Source: Haliotis cracherodii
Taxonomy: Eukaryota
NCBI RefSeq assembly: GCF_022045235.1
Contig: NW_027266286.1
Location: 18,600,001-18,664,000 of the forward strand
Direction of reading: 5' to 3'
DNA length: 64,000 bases
The notes under the pieces are model-generated. The model saw only the letters and a program-made list of their open reading frames with translations, had not been told where the DNA came from and searched no databases. Positions 12,877-26,693 of the stretch are shown here, in pieces; positions within the stretch are counted from its first letter, which is position 1, and the number at the start of each line of letters is the position of its first letter. The translations under genes and the position numbers were made by a program.

Positions 12877-14926
12877 CTTTATGCCACGGTGAGCAGAATT
12901 CCAGCTACATCATAGAGTCCTGAATATATATCAATCAAGGTCACGCAAACCAGTGGCTGAAAGAATGAGCAACTACCCAATTTAAGGCCAAACGAAACCA
13001 GCTACAGGGTGCTGGGGACAATCTATTCTGACCCGGGTCATGGCGAGAGCGTTAAGCGTTAACACGCTTCTTCAGACAGTGAAGTATATGATTTTCTAAA
13101 ATGATTTCCCCAGTGAAGTTATCAAGAGCAATTAAGGTATATCCGGAGGTATGGGTATCAGATTGTTCCCCAATGATTGTAGTAGTGAAACAACACGATA
13201 TTGTGCCAGCGTTACTATAAACTATTCGTTTCTCTTATCGATAAAAGCCATCTTTAACAATCGACCCGTTGGTTAAACACCTTCAGACACACAATAACCT
13301 TTGTAGAATTGTATGTTAATGTTTTTGACATTTCTAAATAGTCACAATCAACCCCAAATACATCGACAGACGACACCAGCTTATGAATATAGGTAGATAT
13401 ATACTAAATACATGGCTATCTTTTTGACGCAAAGGATGCAACAACCATGCAATACCTAAGGATCGACATCAGACAAAATCTTCATGTGCTGGAGAGAGGC
13501 GAGTGGAGAAAAGATGCCCGATACAATTCCCTATTTTGGCTTGTACCATATGTTCCCGTGATTTTTCTTTTTCAGGTGAACAATTGACTTGCCTTTGCGT
13601 ATGTTTGTGACGGGTGCCACCGGTTCGGCAGCATACACTCACCTTTTCGCGAACACCTGCTATCATTACAATTGTATAGTGATTCATAAATGCATGCTCA
13701 TGATATAGTGGGAATCGTACACTCGATTCTGCGTTTTGATAAAGATTTCTTATGAATAGGGAAAGGCTTTTGTCGGTTTCATCTACTATGTTCACAACAG
13801 GTGTGTCAAGCAAGTATAACCATTCTTGATATGTGTGGGTTAGGATGGCATATCTGATTATACATAAAAATGTACCTGTCTTTATGCACATGAAATCCAT
13901 AACCAAGATAACAATACCAAATCTTCATACATTTATACAGCCTTAGAAATTCGTGATTAAATGGCTAGTCCAGAGGACCGGTGTAAACCATGTTTTAGCT
14001 ACTCCTGCTTGAACGAGACCAAACTGATTACTATGTTTACATTTTCTGTCAGTTTTATTTAGTTTCAGTTCGTAGCAAAACGTGAAGCATTGGTACCTGT
14101 TTCAAAATTGCAACCCTCAACTGCTATATTCATGTATCAATGAGGAGCGGCCGAACTGGAATTTTCTTTCCCAAGCACAATTTAGTAGTCACGGCTAGCG
14201 GACAAGATTTAATTTCAAAGGTTGAGAGAAAAAGAGGGAACGAGAGGGAGAGTTGGCTTTCAATATTGCGATTTAAAAATATTCGATTCGAAATCCCTAC
14301 GTGGAGAAATGTACCCATTCTCTGAGACTTACCTTATTTCTTTGTCGCGACCTTCTCCCCTGTAGCACTACGCAGTCGGTTCACTTTCCTCTGATGTCTC
14401 TTATCATCAATCACAAGCAAACAAAGTGGTCCCCGCATCAGCTGTGAATCTAGCCTGCCCACAATGAGCGAACAGCTGAGGACATACTGCAGCTTTAGTC
14501 TTCACGGAGTGCTCAGCGGCCATACAATCTGAACACATGTATCTGACAGCGTTAACGTACACGTACACAGTTCAGCGTCAGATGTATCCACGATCAACTA
14601 ATTTATGACATCTCAACGCGGTGATGACTAATGCCAAGCCTACCAAATATGTCTGCGGTATTCTGCACGCGTCTACAATGCTAATCAAGCGGAATCATGT
14701 TCATGCAGGCGAATACTATGCGCTATGTTTTCTAATGACACGTTCCTAGTTCGTGTGACCTACATCAGGAACATCATCGTATCTATATGCTGTGGTGCAG
14801 TATCGAATATTTTCAATACTTTCAAGGAATTTTCTTGGACGAGTCGTGCATAACCTATGAAATGTGTTCACCCGTAAACTAGTATCATACACACTGTGAC
14901 CCACTAGTTTTATGGTGATGCTTAGA

Positions 14927-15030
14927 GGTTATGAAATAGCAGTTTTCATATCATACCGATATCAACCTTTCTGATATGGGGGGTCTCGGGTTAACATGGG
15001 GTACAATATGAAAACTGCCATTTAATAACC
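14927..15030. repeat. Degenerate long inverted repeat (31-bp arms, 27/31 matched)
   Basis: GGTTATGAAATAGCAGTTTTCATATCATACC ... GGTACAATATGAAAACTGCCATTTAATAACC. Confidence 0.8.
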
Positions 15031-15124
15031 CTTCCATCATATAACATAACTTCAAATTGTAAAATGTATCTATTTGCAAGTGTATGCAATACCTTATCAC
15101 CTCATTTGGAAGACATTAAGGGAC

Positions 15125-15390
15125 ACGAGAGCGGAAGGTTCGGGGTTCGATCCCCGGCCACGTCAGACCAAAAGACGTTAAAAGATGGTACTTGTTGTTA
15201 CCCTGTCTAGCGCTCGGCATTAAGGGGCTAAAACAAGGACTGGTCAGCTCGGAGTCAGTATAATGTGTCTGAGTGGGGTATTCATGTAAAAATGCGGCAT
15301 GGTATCTCAGTGAGCTAGCACTATAAATAGGCATCAGACCGGACTAGTACAAGCAACCAAACAAACACACACATGTGCATGCACGCCGCT
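15125..15390 (+). mobile_element. SINE family C (truncated)
   Basis: Matches 22137..22473. Confidence 0.8.
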
Positions 15391-16131
15391 AAATAAATTT
15401 GCCCAAGACTTGCCTGGGCCTTTAGTAAACAAAATTCTTAAACTATATCAATTCCATGGTCATGACGTAGGACTAATCATCTACTTAAGGAGTCAGCGGC
15501 TGTAAATGATTGCAAGACCCGCTTTCTTTTAAATCAGTTCAATTTGAATCAGAGGTATAGACGCAGCTTCGGAAGGGTGCTCTCATATTTTCTCGTTTCA
15601 AATCAGGAGCTACCAAAGCATGACGAGTAAGATTGTATGATTTATATCAACACAAGAGTCAATCAAGAATGAAGAGACATTCAATTGAAGTCATCCAAGA
15701 GCCAAAACGGACGTGTTTACAACAGGCAAGTGATAACTCGCCAGCCAGATAGAATACATGTATCTGATGTGGACACCACAAGCGTTTACTCCCCGGTAAA
15801 CGCTTTTGTGAGGGATGCTCCCTCAAAGACCGGGAATGTCGCCAATGCATAGACCGAAACCAGAGCGTTTCTACAATGACCAAGTGCACGTTTGTGACAG
15901 CTGTGTGCGGCGAAGGGGGCGATACTAGGAGTAGTGTTTCAGTTGAAGAAACAGCTTTGCAGGAATGTGTTGAAACAACTGTCTCCAAATGAGACGAACA
16001 ATATTGACATTTACAGTTTCTTGAAGATGAAAGAGTTGATATTGAAATTATTTTTCATGACTTTCTTACAAAGAAAAAGACATGAAGTGGGGTTTAACAC
16101 TTAAACTAAAATTTATCAAGTATGAAGAAGA

Positions 16132-16277
16132 GTGAGTTAGTTAGGTTTAATGCTGCATTTAGCAATATTCGGGGGACACCAGTATTGGGCTTCACACATT
16201 GTACCCATGTCGGGAATCGAACCCGGGTCTTCGACGTGACGAGCGAACGCTTTAACCACTAGGCTACCCGACCGCCC
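16132..16277 (-). mobile_element. SINE family A with TSD
   Basis: TSD AGTATGAAGAAGA at 16119..16131 and 16278..16290. Confidence 0.85.
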
Positions 16278-16299
16278 AGTATGAAGAAGAAGAAGAAAA

Positions 16300-16960
16300 A
16301 TATTTATTGTAAAATAAACACCCACTGGTGGAAGGGTACAACACATAAACACGACTAATTAAACCATTGCCATACACAGTAGAATACAAAGATTGCTATG
16401 ATTATATTGCGAGAGAGGAGATGCAGATTTTCTTTGCCTGAACATTTTGTGAATGAAATTGGAGATAATTTTTTGCGAAAGCCTCTGGTGGATTTAATAG
16501 TATGTTTAGCGATATTGGGCGCATAGCTGAGATGGGTGATGAATATAGTTCCTGTCTCAGGTCTTTGTAGAGAGAACATCGCAACAGGAAGTGTTCCTCA
16601 TCTTCCGTTTCATCAATATCACAGAAGGTACATATTCTTTCTTCTTTTCCCGAGGTGTCTGATCTTATGTGGTTTAGTGGATGGGGCTTGGTCAGTTTCA
16701 CTGAGGTATATGGACATGAACTTTTCAAGTACAGGTTTCTTAAATTTTCCAGGAGATATGTTATTGTGAGCCGGATCAGGGAAAAGGTAGTTGATTAGAG
16801 TATTTATTGAAGAGGTTCATGAGTTCAATGATATGATGAAAACAATGAATCCCACTTGGCAGAACCTAGCCTTAGGAGTGTGAATTTTACTACCGCGCTT
16901 ATCTAGCATTTCAAAAATTACACTCGGCCTTCTCAGGATTTCCAAAAACAGGGAAGTGGG
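16300..16960 (-). mobile_element. LINE ORF2 3' fragment (C-terminal Cys/His motif)
   Basis: 'ERICTFCDIDETEDEEHFLLRCSLYKDLR' in ORF 16402..16728. Confidence 0.7.
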
Positions 16961-17062
16961 TTGTTGTTAGACAAAATTATTCACATAGAAGTAAATGAAG
17001 CAGTGTATGTCCTTTATTCTTCCAGCGGTTATGCTCCCCTTCCTGACTATCTTACCCATTAG

Positions 17063-17340
17063 GAGGCACGGGTGGCCCAGTCTTCTAAGGAGCCGCGATT
17101 CGCTGTGCAGAATTGCGTCCCTTGGGCACGCCAGAAAACTATGTTTGTGGGTCGAATCCCAATTCGCCCCGATTATGTTTCTAGGTTTGTCAGAACCATA
17201 CTCGTGCTCGTGGGTTTCACTGAAGTGGCAAACGTCTGAGACCTGCATCACTTCGGGCTTTCCTCCCACATTAAGCAGACACGCTGTGATATAACTGGAA
17301 TACAGTTAAAAGTGGCGGTAAACACAACTCACACACTCAC
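17063..17340 (+). mobile_element. SINE family B, near full length
   Basis: tRNA-like head GGTGGCCCAGTC..TAAGG, GTCGAATCCC; tail GGAATAC..TTAAAAGTGGCG..AAAC. Confidence 0.8.
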
Positions 17341-18279
17341 TCTTACCCAATAGAAAGCCATACTTAACATTAAGAATGAAGGTAATACATGATTTCCTTG
17401 GTCTGTGTTTTCAGCTCTACACCCTGTTGGTGGACTAAACCATCCAGTAGGGTTGGTAAATACACACAGTACGAATCGGAGCTCAACTTCGAGGGAATTG
17501 ATATGCCAATCACTCTGGCTCAAATTCAAAATTTGAAAAGCAAAACAATATATTTGTGAATGAGTGTGGTTATGATCCAGAGGATGGGTTCTTTCCCTTA
17601 AATAAAAATGCTTTAAATCTTACAAAAGAAATCAATTTTCTTCTTATCAGTCTGGATGGCCAGAGACAGTTTTGTAAAATAACACGTTTTAGCAGACTAG
17701 TGGAGGATAGGACAAACACACAATGAACAACCTTTTTTTGTAAACATTGTCTACATTGGTTTTATCACAAATCGTATTGTACTCCTCATGGCGTACAAAA
17801 GGTCAGTCTTCCAGAAAAGGATGAGACATGGTGAAATATAAAAATATTCGTAATTAACTTTGTGTTCCATTTGTCATATTAGCGGATTTGGAATCTATTA
17901 TCATTGAAGTCAGATGCTGTAAACACCACCCTGAGTCTTCTTACACAACTGTCTATCAAATGCAGGAACCTTCTGGATTGTGTTGTAAAGTGATTTGTAC
18001 ATATTCCGCTTATTACAATCCAGGGTGACGTTTCGCGAAAGTCTTTCAGCGCTTCGAGTATATAGGTAAAGTTAATCAACAATCATTCGAGCATGATTCA
18101 CATTGTAACAATTGCAATGAAGGACTACCTGATCAACTTAGACATAAAAGAGACATAACCCTTCTGAAAGGTACAGAGACACTCCGTTACCTGAAATGTC
18201 ATATAGCTACAGGTTGCGATGGAATAAGAGTTACTAAACCATTCTACAATTCAAATATTTCCGATACCAATGAATTTGT

Positions 18280-20060
18280 TTAATAAATAATGAAACCTGG
18301 GATTTCCCCGATTGATTGGTGCAAGGCAGTCAAATGCCCTCTTCACAAAAATGGCACTTTATCTGACCCAAATAACTACAGAGGAATCTCTCTATTACCA
18401 GTGATTCGAAATGTTTTCACCAAAATATGAAACCAGAGACTCCAAAATTGGTCTCATGAAAATAATGTTATTTATGTAAATCAAGCTGGATTCAGGAAAG
18501 GTTATTCGACGGTGGAGAACACGCTTTCTCTTTATGGGATGACTAGTAAATACCTCTCTAAATCTAACAGGTTGCAGATTATGTTTTCTTCATAGACTTC
18601 TCAAAAGCCTTTGATTGCCTAAATCACACTTTACTTTGGCATCGACATATTTTCTTTGGAATACATAAGAAAATATTTTTTACTGTTTTAAGAAAAAATG
18701 TATTCAAAACTAAATCCTTTTGTAAGGACAGATCAGGGTCTCACAGACTTTTCTCAGTGCTGGGTTGGTACTCGCCAAGGATGTATGGTCAGCCCGCTGT
18801 TATTTTCATTTTACATCAACGACTTGGTTACTGAAATGACTTCTTCAAACTGTAGAGGTATCTTCATATCTGAAGATTATCCCAATATATGTTCACATCT
18901 CTACGCTGATGATGTCGCTAACTCTGCAGATTCCGCAGGCAAACTCCAAGAACAAATAAATTGCGCTAGCAACTTCTATGAAAAATGGGGTATGAACGTA
19001 CATGTACAAAAATCGAAGATTGTTGTATTCCGAAATAGTGAATATCTACGACAATATGACAAATGGTATTACAGGGCCTCTCAGATCGAAACCGTCTACT
19101 TTTATAAATATCTTGGTCTTTGTTTTACACCTAAACTATTTTGGACGAGATTGAAACAGGTGTTGGCAAAGCAGGGGGCGAAAGTATGCTTACTCATACA
19201 GATTGCACTCTATGTGTGGTGGCTTACCAATTACGACTGAACTAAAGATTTTCGATAGCATGGTTCTGCCCATCCTAACATACGGCCCCGAACTTTGGGG
19301 ATACGAAGTTGTGGATCAAATTGAGAGAGTTCAGACAAAGTATATAAAACGAATTCTGTATCTGCCTCTGAGTGCTTGTAATGATGCTGTTCTTGGAGGA
19401 AGTGGTCGACCTCTATTATTTCTCACCTATGTGACAAAATGTGTAAAATATTGAGCTAAACTTGTCACTATGAATAATAGCCGACTACCGAAGCAAAGGT
19501 ATCTGATGCTGTATGGATTGGATTGCGTAAACTGAACTTCCTGGGCAACTAAAATAAAACATATCTTATTCCAGTTTGGCTTTGGGTACGCCTGGATTAT
19601 GCAAGATGTTGGAAGTGTTTATATTTTTATTATTTTCAGTTTAAGCAACGTGTATCCGGTTACAACATCCAATGACGGCATTCATCAATATCATCAAATC
19701 CAAAGCTATATTCAACCTACAAATCGGTTTTACAGACCGAAGTATATCTTACACAAGTTGACTCTACACAATTGAAACAAGCTTTAGATGTGGTTGTCAT
19801 GGATCAGCTGATGATCGAAATGGGCAGACGCATTGGCATCGATCCAGAATGTCGTGTGTCTTCGATTAAATATTAGTCAAGTGGAAAATGAAAATAATTT
19901 GGCACTTGTATGCCCTGCTTTTAATGATTTAAGATATCGATGCATTGATCCTAAATACTTTGTAAATCCGTCACTGGAATCCTTTGCTCGACAGATGCCA
20001 TCTAATCATAGACCCATTATTGTACAGTTATCAAAATTCATGTTGAATGCAATAATTCCT
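18280..20060 (+). mobile_element. Decayed LINE reverse transcriptase ORF2 (frameshifts, stops); may extend upstream to ~17500
   Basis: 'PNNYRGISLL', 'GFRKGYST', 'FIDFSKAFD', 'GTRQGCMVSPLLFSFYINDL', 'LYADD', 'YKYLG', 'PILTYGPELWG'. Confidence 0.9.
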
Positions 20061-20199
20061 GTAATGTTATGTTCTATGGGCCTGTGGCCTCTAAGTTGTT
20101 CGATAGTCCACACTCGTCACAGGAAGGCATGTTTTCGCTTTCTGTATCACTATTGTCAATGTTCTCAATGCTGTCTTCAACCCTGAGAATCTGCTTCAT

Positions 20200-21013
20200 C
20201 TGAGGGCTTACCACTGTTGTGCACAGTAGACTGGTTGTTGACCAGTTGTGAAGATTCCTGTACTGACAGCCCTTTTATAGGCTGATGCTTCTTCCTCCAG
20301 AATATTTGGAACTAATTTTTCAGTTTCATGGGTAGTTGGTTTTACGCCAATGGTTAGATTCCCAAAAGGTTTTATGAACACCCGAATCATACACAGACAT
20401 AAAACGATCTGCGGTATTGGTGTACAGCTGGCAAATAAATTGACTTGATGTGTTTATCATTCTTCACTTCACACTTCAAGTCATCAAGCACTAAGACATT
20501 ATTGTTCCAGGAATCAAAGTAATTGTCATCCTGTAAATTGTAGGGAATGTCTTCACAAATGTCACATAGGGTAACATTTCACTGATTGTCTCGCATAGAG
20601 GTGACCCGGTGAAGATCCGGGGTAGAATAGATCTTCAGCGACCCATGCTTGCTTTAACAGGCGACTATGATTGTCGCAAGAGGCGACTAACGGGATCGGG
20701 TGGTCAGGCTCGTTGACTTAATTGATGCATGTCATCGATCCCAATTGTGTGGATCGATGCTTATGATATTAATCTCTGGATTGTCTGGTCCAGACTCGCT
20801 TATTTACAGACCACCGTCATATAGCTGGAATATTGCTGAGTGCGGCATGAAACAACAAACAAACCAACCAACGTATAGAGGTTTCCAGTCTGTATAACAC
20901 CAGGCGTTGGTGTCATACATCCTGCTTGAAGCACTTGAAAGACATAGTTTTGCCACATCCCCACCCACAAAAGCATCATTAGAAGGGGTGGTTAACTTGA
21001 AGTTACGCATCAT
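20200..21013 (-). pseudogene. Polinton/Maverick-type packaging ATPase remnant, interrupted by a SINE
   Basis: Minus strand: 'FKLTTP..', frameshifted Walker A 'GCGKT' (GGATGTGGCAAAACT), 'WCYTDWKPLY', Walker B 'NNNVLVLDDL'. Confidence 0.7.
20603..20871 (+). mobile_element. SINE-like family D with TSD
   Basis: TSD CG(C/T)ATAGAGGT on both sides. Confidence 0.85.
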
Positions 21014-21057
21014 GCCTTAGAAATACTGTGACCTTGGATTCTCTAAATGTTGACCGT

Positions 21058-21230
21058 CTGGTTGTGGTGGTGATTGTGGTTGTGGTGTGGTGGTAGTGGT
21101 GTTGGTGATGATTGTGATGGGGCTGGTGATTGTGGTGTGGTGGTGGTGGTGGTGGTGGTGGAGGTGGTGGAGATTAGTGTGGTGATTGTGGTGGTGTTGG
21201 TTGTAGTGTTGGTTGTGGTGGTAGTGGTGT
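21058..21230. repeat. (TGG)n-rich degenerate microsatellite
   Basis: GGT/TGG runs between the Polinton integrase and ATPase remnants. Confidence 0.85.
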
Positions 21231-21349
21231 CAGTCTAATGTCTAATCATAGCAACCCTTTGAAGAATGTCTTCTCACACTCTGGACGCAATGTTGATCTC
21301 ATGGCGGATCAGTTTGAATTGACAGCTCGATATATATTCTTTCCCTTTC

Positions 21350-22720
21350 ATACATTGTGAACTGTTAAACTTCTTAGCGTAGCCCACCCATTTCACAAGG
21401 ACTTCCTTCTGACCATCTCTCTTTCTTTCCTTAAATATTTTCTCAATTAGCCACATACTATTACAACTTTTTTTAAATAAAAACTACCGTGAACCGGATC
21501 ATAAGCCCTATCTTTCGCCTGATAAACAGGTATCTCATCTCGATAGTAACGCTTTCGAATGATAAAGACTTCCTCCGTCTAGTTTTCTTGATTGTCTCTT
21601 TAAAACGTATGTTTCACCTGAGACCTTCCTCCTTGATCATCCCCTTTAGACTCGAAGTGTTTTTTCAAAGGCTTATAATTGGTTTGGGTTTCAGATTTGG
21701 TGGGATTGATTAATGTATCAATGTATTGTTCTTTTCATACTATAGCTTCATTCTTGTCTAATGCAGTTCTTTCATTGAGTGATCTGTGTGGTCTGTGATC
21801 GTATAGTCTTTAACCAGAATTTGTAGTACATCCAGATAATGATACGTTTGCTCGTGAATTATCGGAACATGGTAGTCTTGAGGGTACGAATCACGCGCTC
21901 CGCATAGCAGGATTTGGTTTCATTCTTGGTCACATAATACGTAAATCCCTCACTTTGTAAAAGTCCTTTCACTCTGTCATTATTAAATACGCTGCCTGTA
22001 TCCGACCTTTTGATTTTTGGCAAAGGAGCAGTTGTAAATATTTTCCTCATGGCTTGGACCTCAGGGTCTGGGGTCTTCTTTGTCATGGGTTCAACCCATA
22101 GATATCTTGAAACAAAATCTATTTCTGTATACAAGTGACCGCCTCCGTGGTCTAGTGGTAGAGCGTCCGCCCGGAAAGCGGAAGGTCCGGGGCTACCAAA
22201 AGACGTTAAAAGATTGTACTTGTTGTTACCCTGTCTAGCGCTCGGCATTAAGGGGCTACAACAAGGACTGGTCGGCTCGGAGTCAGTATACTGTGTCTGA
22301 GTTGGGTATTCATGTTAAACTGCGACATGGTATCTCAGTGAGCTAGCACTATAAATCGGCATCGGTCCGGACTAGTGCAAGCAGCCACACAAACACACAC
22401 ACGTACATGCACGTCGCTATATAAGTGCAATACTCTTGGACGCGACGTTAAACCCCATTTCACCTCACCTCACCTGTATACAAGTACTTGACATTATCAT
22501 TCTCCGACGCCATGTTGGACACGTCTGCTAAGTCTATATCCCACCGAGCATTCAAACCTGTAGCCGCCACTCTGTTGCGCTTGAACTTATACCTCAAAGG
22601 CCTCTGAAGCAAAAATGCATCATGGGAAGCAAGCCACGTCTTGATGCGATGTTATCCGATATCAAATATCCTGCTTATTTTACTGACTTGTCACGGCGAA
22701 ACAATTCGTTCAAATGACGC
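21350..22720 (-). pseudogene. Polinton/Maverick-type retroviral-like integrase with C-terminal chromodomain, decayed
   Basis: 'WLASHDAFLLQRPLRYKFKRNRV...WDIDLAD...KYLYT|EIDFVSRYLWVEP...RSDTGSVF...AERVIRTLK'; chromodomain 'EKIFKERKRDGQKEVLVKWVGYAKKFNS'. Confidence 0.8.
22137..22473 (+). mobile_element. SINE family C inserted in the integrase, with TSD
   Basis: TSD CTGTATACAAGT at 22125..22136 and 22474..22485; (CACCT)n tail. Confidence 0.9.
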
Positions 22721-23209
22721 AAATTGATTTTTTGAGGGGTAGGGCTGATGAATCAAGCCTCGTTTTATACAAGTTATTTTAGTCTCCACAACCATATATT
22801 TGGCACCCTGCCCGTTTATTTACGAAATGCTCTCTCACGTCAGCTTTCCGCCTATGGTTAAAGATCATATTATTGTGTGACACTCAGCGAACCCTTGTTC
22901 GCAAAGAAAGGTTGAGCTAGAAAACTATTTGACATGTTCATTTGTGTGAATGTATGAAGAGTGTAAAAAGTAAACAGTTTTATTGCAGAATTCTATTCTT
23001 TTAGACATGTACGTGTAATTGTCAAATGATGTCTTTCCTGCAGTGAAATTGTTCCTTTGTACTATTTTTCTCTAGGGGAATTATTCCCATGGAACAGGTT
23101 TTTACTAACAAAATGTTACCAGGATACATTCACACTGGCAATATAATTCCGGATGGAATTAATTCCACGTGAATCAGACCATCTTTGACGTAATCATGTC
23201 TTATGAAGA

Positions 23210-23378
23210 ATGCCCGATTTTGTTTCTAGGTTTGTCAGCACCATCCCCTTCCTACTTGTCATCGAAGTGGTAAACGTCTTAGACCTGCATCACTTCGGGC
23301 TTTCCTCTCACATTGAGCTGACACGCCGAAATATAACTGGAATACTGTTAAAAGCGGCGTTAAACCCAACTCACTCAC
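23210..23378 (+). mobile_element. SINE family B, 3' half
   Basis: Matches the 3' half of 17063..17340. Confidence 0.75.
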
Positions 23379-24164
23379 TTATGATTATTTCAGTCGTTAT
23401 GTCAATTTCTCAAACAGCGAGAAGTTTCGTAAAATCCGTAGGGGACTCGCGTGTTATAATCTCCAGCTGATTCAAGACGTATTTTGCTGAGAACACGTAC
23501 CCTCCTTGTGGAATGTATAAACACACCTATCTTGAACTATATGCATAATAAATAAAGTGAAAGTATCTGTAATTATACCTCGAGCCTATGGGCCGACCGT
23601 GCAAGACCTAATCCGCCATTCCGAGAGTCATGAGTAGGATATTGAAAACCCTCGCGTGTTAACAGAGGATGTAGAGCCTTATTGTTGCCTTTCACGTTGA
23701 GAGACATCACCGTAATCAAACTATTGTTTCACTGACGTCATACAGATAATCTCTGACGTCACGTCCAACTGGGAGAATCTTCGTGTCTGGGAAATATCCT
23801 GAGGCGATCAAGTCATAAAAGCAAACGACACAATACTGTCGCGAATAAGCTGGCCTGAAGCGAATTGAATAGTTCTCAATTTTAATTGCAGAAAATATCA
23901 CCCATAGAATCTACACTTTCCAATTGACACATATCACATCGAAGACATTACGTAAAGAGTTAAGATATCAATAAGAGAAAACGGAATAGGGTACATTAAA
24001 CCGAGAGTTTGATACACATGCAAAGGCAAGTCAATTGTCAAATAGAGAATTGCATCGGACAAAATAGATGTTAATAGCTTTATTGGGGCCTTGAATGTTG
24101 TAGCCCTGACCAAACAACTTTGGAATCCACTACAATAGGAATAACGCTGATCAATTCAATCTCT

Positions 24165-25590
24165 GATGTGTGAGTTGATCAATGGTGCCTCTCGGATATA
24201 TGAGTTGATCAATGGTGCCTCTCGGATATATGAGTTGATCAATGATGCCTCTCGGATATCATCATAATGATGCATGTCTGATGTATGAATTGATTAATGA
24301 CGCGTTTCTGATGATATCTGAGTTGCTCAATGATGTGTTTTCTGATGTATCCTTTGAGAAATGATGTGTTTCTGATGTGTGTGGTGATCAGTCAGATTTA
24401 TGAGTGGATCATTGACGCCTCTCCTCTATGAATTGCAGAATTATGTGTGTGTTCATCAAATATGCGTTTCTGGTGTGTAAGTTGATCAATGGTTCCTGTC
24501 GCATATAGGTGTTGATCAATGACGCCTTTGTGATCAATCACAAGGATGCGTTTCTGATGTATGCGTTGATCAATGACGGTTCTCTGATGTCTAAGTTGAT
24601 CAGTGGTGCGTTTCTGGAGTATGCATTGATCAATGATGTGTACCTGATGTGTGCGTTGATCAATGATGTGTATCTGATGTGTGCGTTGATCAAATATGTG
24701 TATCTGATGTGTGCGTTGTTCAATGATGTGTATCTGATGTGTGCGTTGATCAATGATGTGTACCTGATGTGTGCGTTGATCAATGATGTGTATCTGATGT
24801 GTACGTTGATCAATGAAGTCTATCTGATGTGTTAGTTGATCAATGATGTGTATCTGATGTTTGCGTTGATCAATGATGTGTATCTGATGTGTAACTTGAT
24901 CCGTGATGCGTTTCTGATGTGTGCGTTGATAAATGATGTGCATCTGATGTGTGCGTTGATCAATGGCAAAGCTATCAGTCACACAAAAATTAATTGACAA
25001 AATATCTTATTGGGTTTGGTTCTATCTACTTTAATACTTAATCAATCACATACTTTTATTGAGGGGAAATCATATTCATGTATGTGGAATCATAGGAATC
25101 AAACCGAAAATACATACACTACTTAAAAACATATACTCAATCGAGAAATTTATTTCTATATAAATGTGTGACGAAAATAACTTTTATTCTCAGCATTCGA
25201 TTCTAAGCTGTTTGTTGATACCTGCTGTGTTTGATTCTGAGTGTGTGTTGCAACCTTTCTAGTTTGAAATGTAACACAGTTTGTTTCAAAACCTTTAAAT
25301 TTAAAAAGAAGTGTGTTGTGTCTTTCTATTGCAAACCGAAATATTTTTATACTGAAAACTGCATTACTCTACAGCTCTGGGAGAAACAAAAAAATAAGTT
25401 TTAAAAAGTTGACTAATGGCACCTCTGTGACGTATGAGTTGACCAATGAGGCCTCTCCGATTTATGAGTCGATCAGTTTTGCATTTCCAATGTGTGAGTT
25501 GATTAATGATGCGTTTCTGATGTGTGAGTTTATCAATTATGCGTTTCTGATGTATACGTTGATCAGTGATGCGTTTTTTATGTGTGAGGT
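24165..25590. repeat. 30-bp minisatellite in two blocks (24165..24965, 25410..25590) separated by AT-rich DNA
   Basis: Unit TTGATCAATGATGTGTATCTGATGTGTGCG. Confidence 0.9.
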
Positions 25591-26391
25591 AATGAGAGTA
25601 ACTGAGGCATGAGTTAAGTCAATATACACTCAGTTCTAACGGAAACATGATTCGCATACAAAACAATGACAGCGGATACAGATCCATAACAGTATTGATG
25701 GTATCTGCCTCTTTTCAGGCGATATGTCAATCAATATCATCATGAACTAGTTTACTAGGATTAGCGTCGTATTTACTGTCATTGCCCTGGTTTCACAGCA
25801 TGCTTCAGTGGCCTCAGTTAATGATGGTACAGAAAACAAATCAGCTATTCAAAAACTCCATTACCAACATTTTTTAATTTTGGGTTTTTCTTCTACTACA
25901 CGTTCATCGATACATGCATATACTACATCGAGTTAACAAGTATAACTCCGCAGTTAGGCATCCTATAAGGTTCTTATTTATATATGAGGGTTGATTAGCA
26001 TCGATTTTTGGTGAATCTACATCTATGACATTATATATTGCCCACATGACAAAATTTATCACTCTTACCCAATACCTTCAATGTGAGGCTCAGAACTGTA
26101 TATCAAATAATCAGAGTTGTTCCGATAGTTGAGTGCTTTAATGAAAACACAAAAGTATCGCGATCGATAAAGGCTAAGTGGGACATCTGTTTCTTGCCAT
26201 GACGACTTCACTTCCCCTCGTTGACGCGTCACGACCATCACGTCTGTTGGGTATTGACTTTGCCTGTATCAACTGTACTAGGTGTGACTACTGTGCCCGT
26301 CTCTTCTGATTTCTTAAGATCTTTGGACCTGTGTACCGTTTACATCCATCGACAGGGAAAAGGTAAGTTGAAGACTCTCTTCAGCAAAGAT

Positions 26392-26693
26392 CTGTTTGTT
26401 TATTTGTTTGTTTGTTTGTTTGTTTGTTTGTTCGTTTGTTTGTTGTTTACCGCCACACTCAGCAATGATCCAGCTATAGGAAGGCGGTCTGTAAATAATC
26501 TAGTCGGGACCGGACAATCCAGTAATTAAAATCATGAGCATCGATCCACGCAAATGGGATCGATGACATGCATCAACTAATTCAGCGAGCCTGACCACCC
26601 GATCCCGTTAGTCGCCTCTTGCGACAAGCATAGTCGCATTTGCGGCAAGCTTTGTTTGCTGAAGATTTGTTCTACCCCGGATCTTCACGGGTC
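26392..26693 (-). mobile_element. SINE-like family D
   Basis: Reverse complement of the 20603..20871 type; (TTTG)n tail. Confidence 0.85.

Noticed and set aside
13469-13906. 145-aa minus-strand ORF
   Set aside because: No recognisable motif, non-ATG start, no supporting splice structure
23390-23900. Possible further hairpin/Crypton-like fragment (CTCGCGTGTTA twice, TGACGTCA pairs)
   Set aside because: No convincing stem or boundaries could be traced
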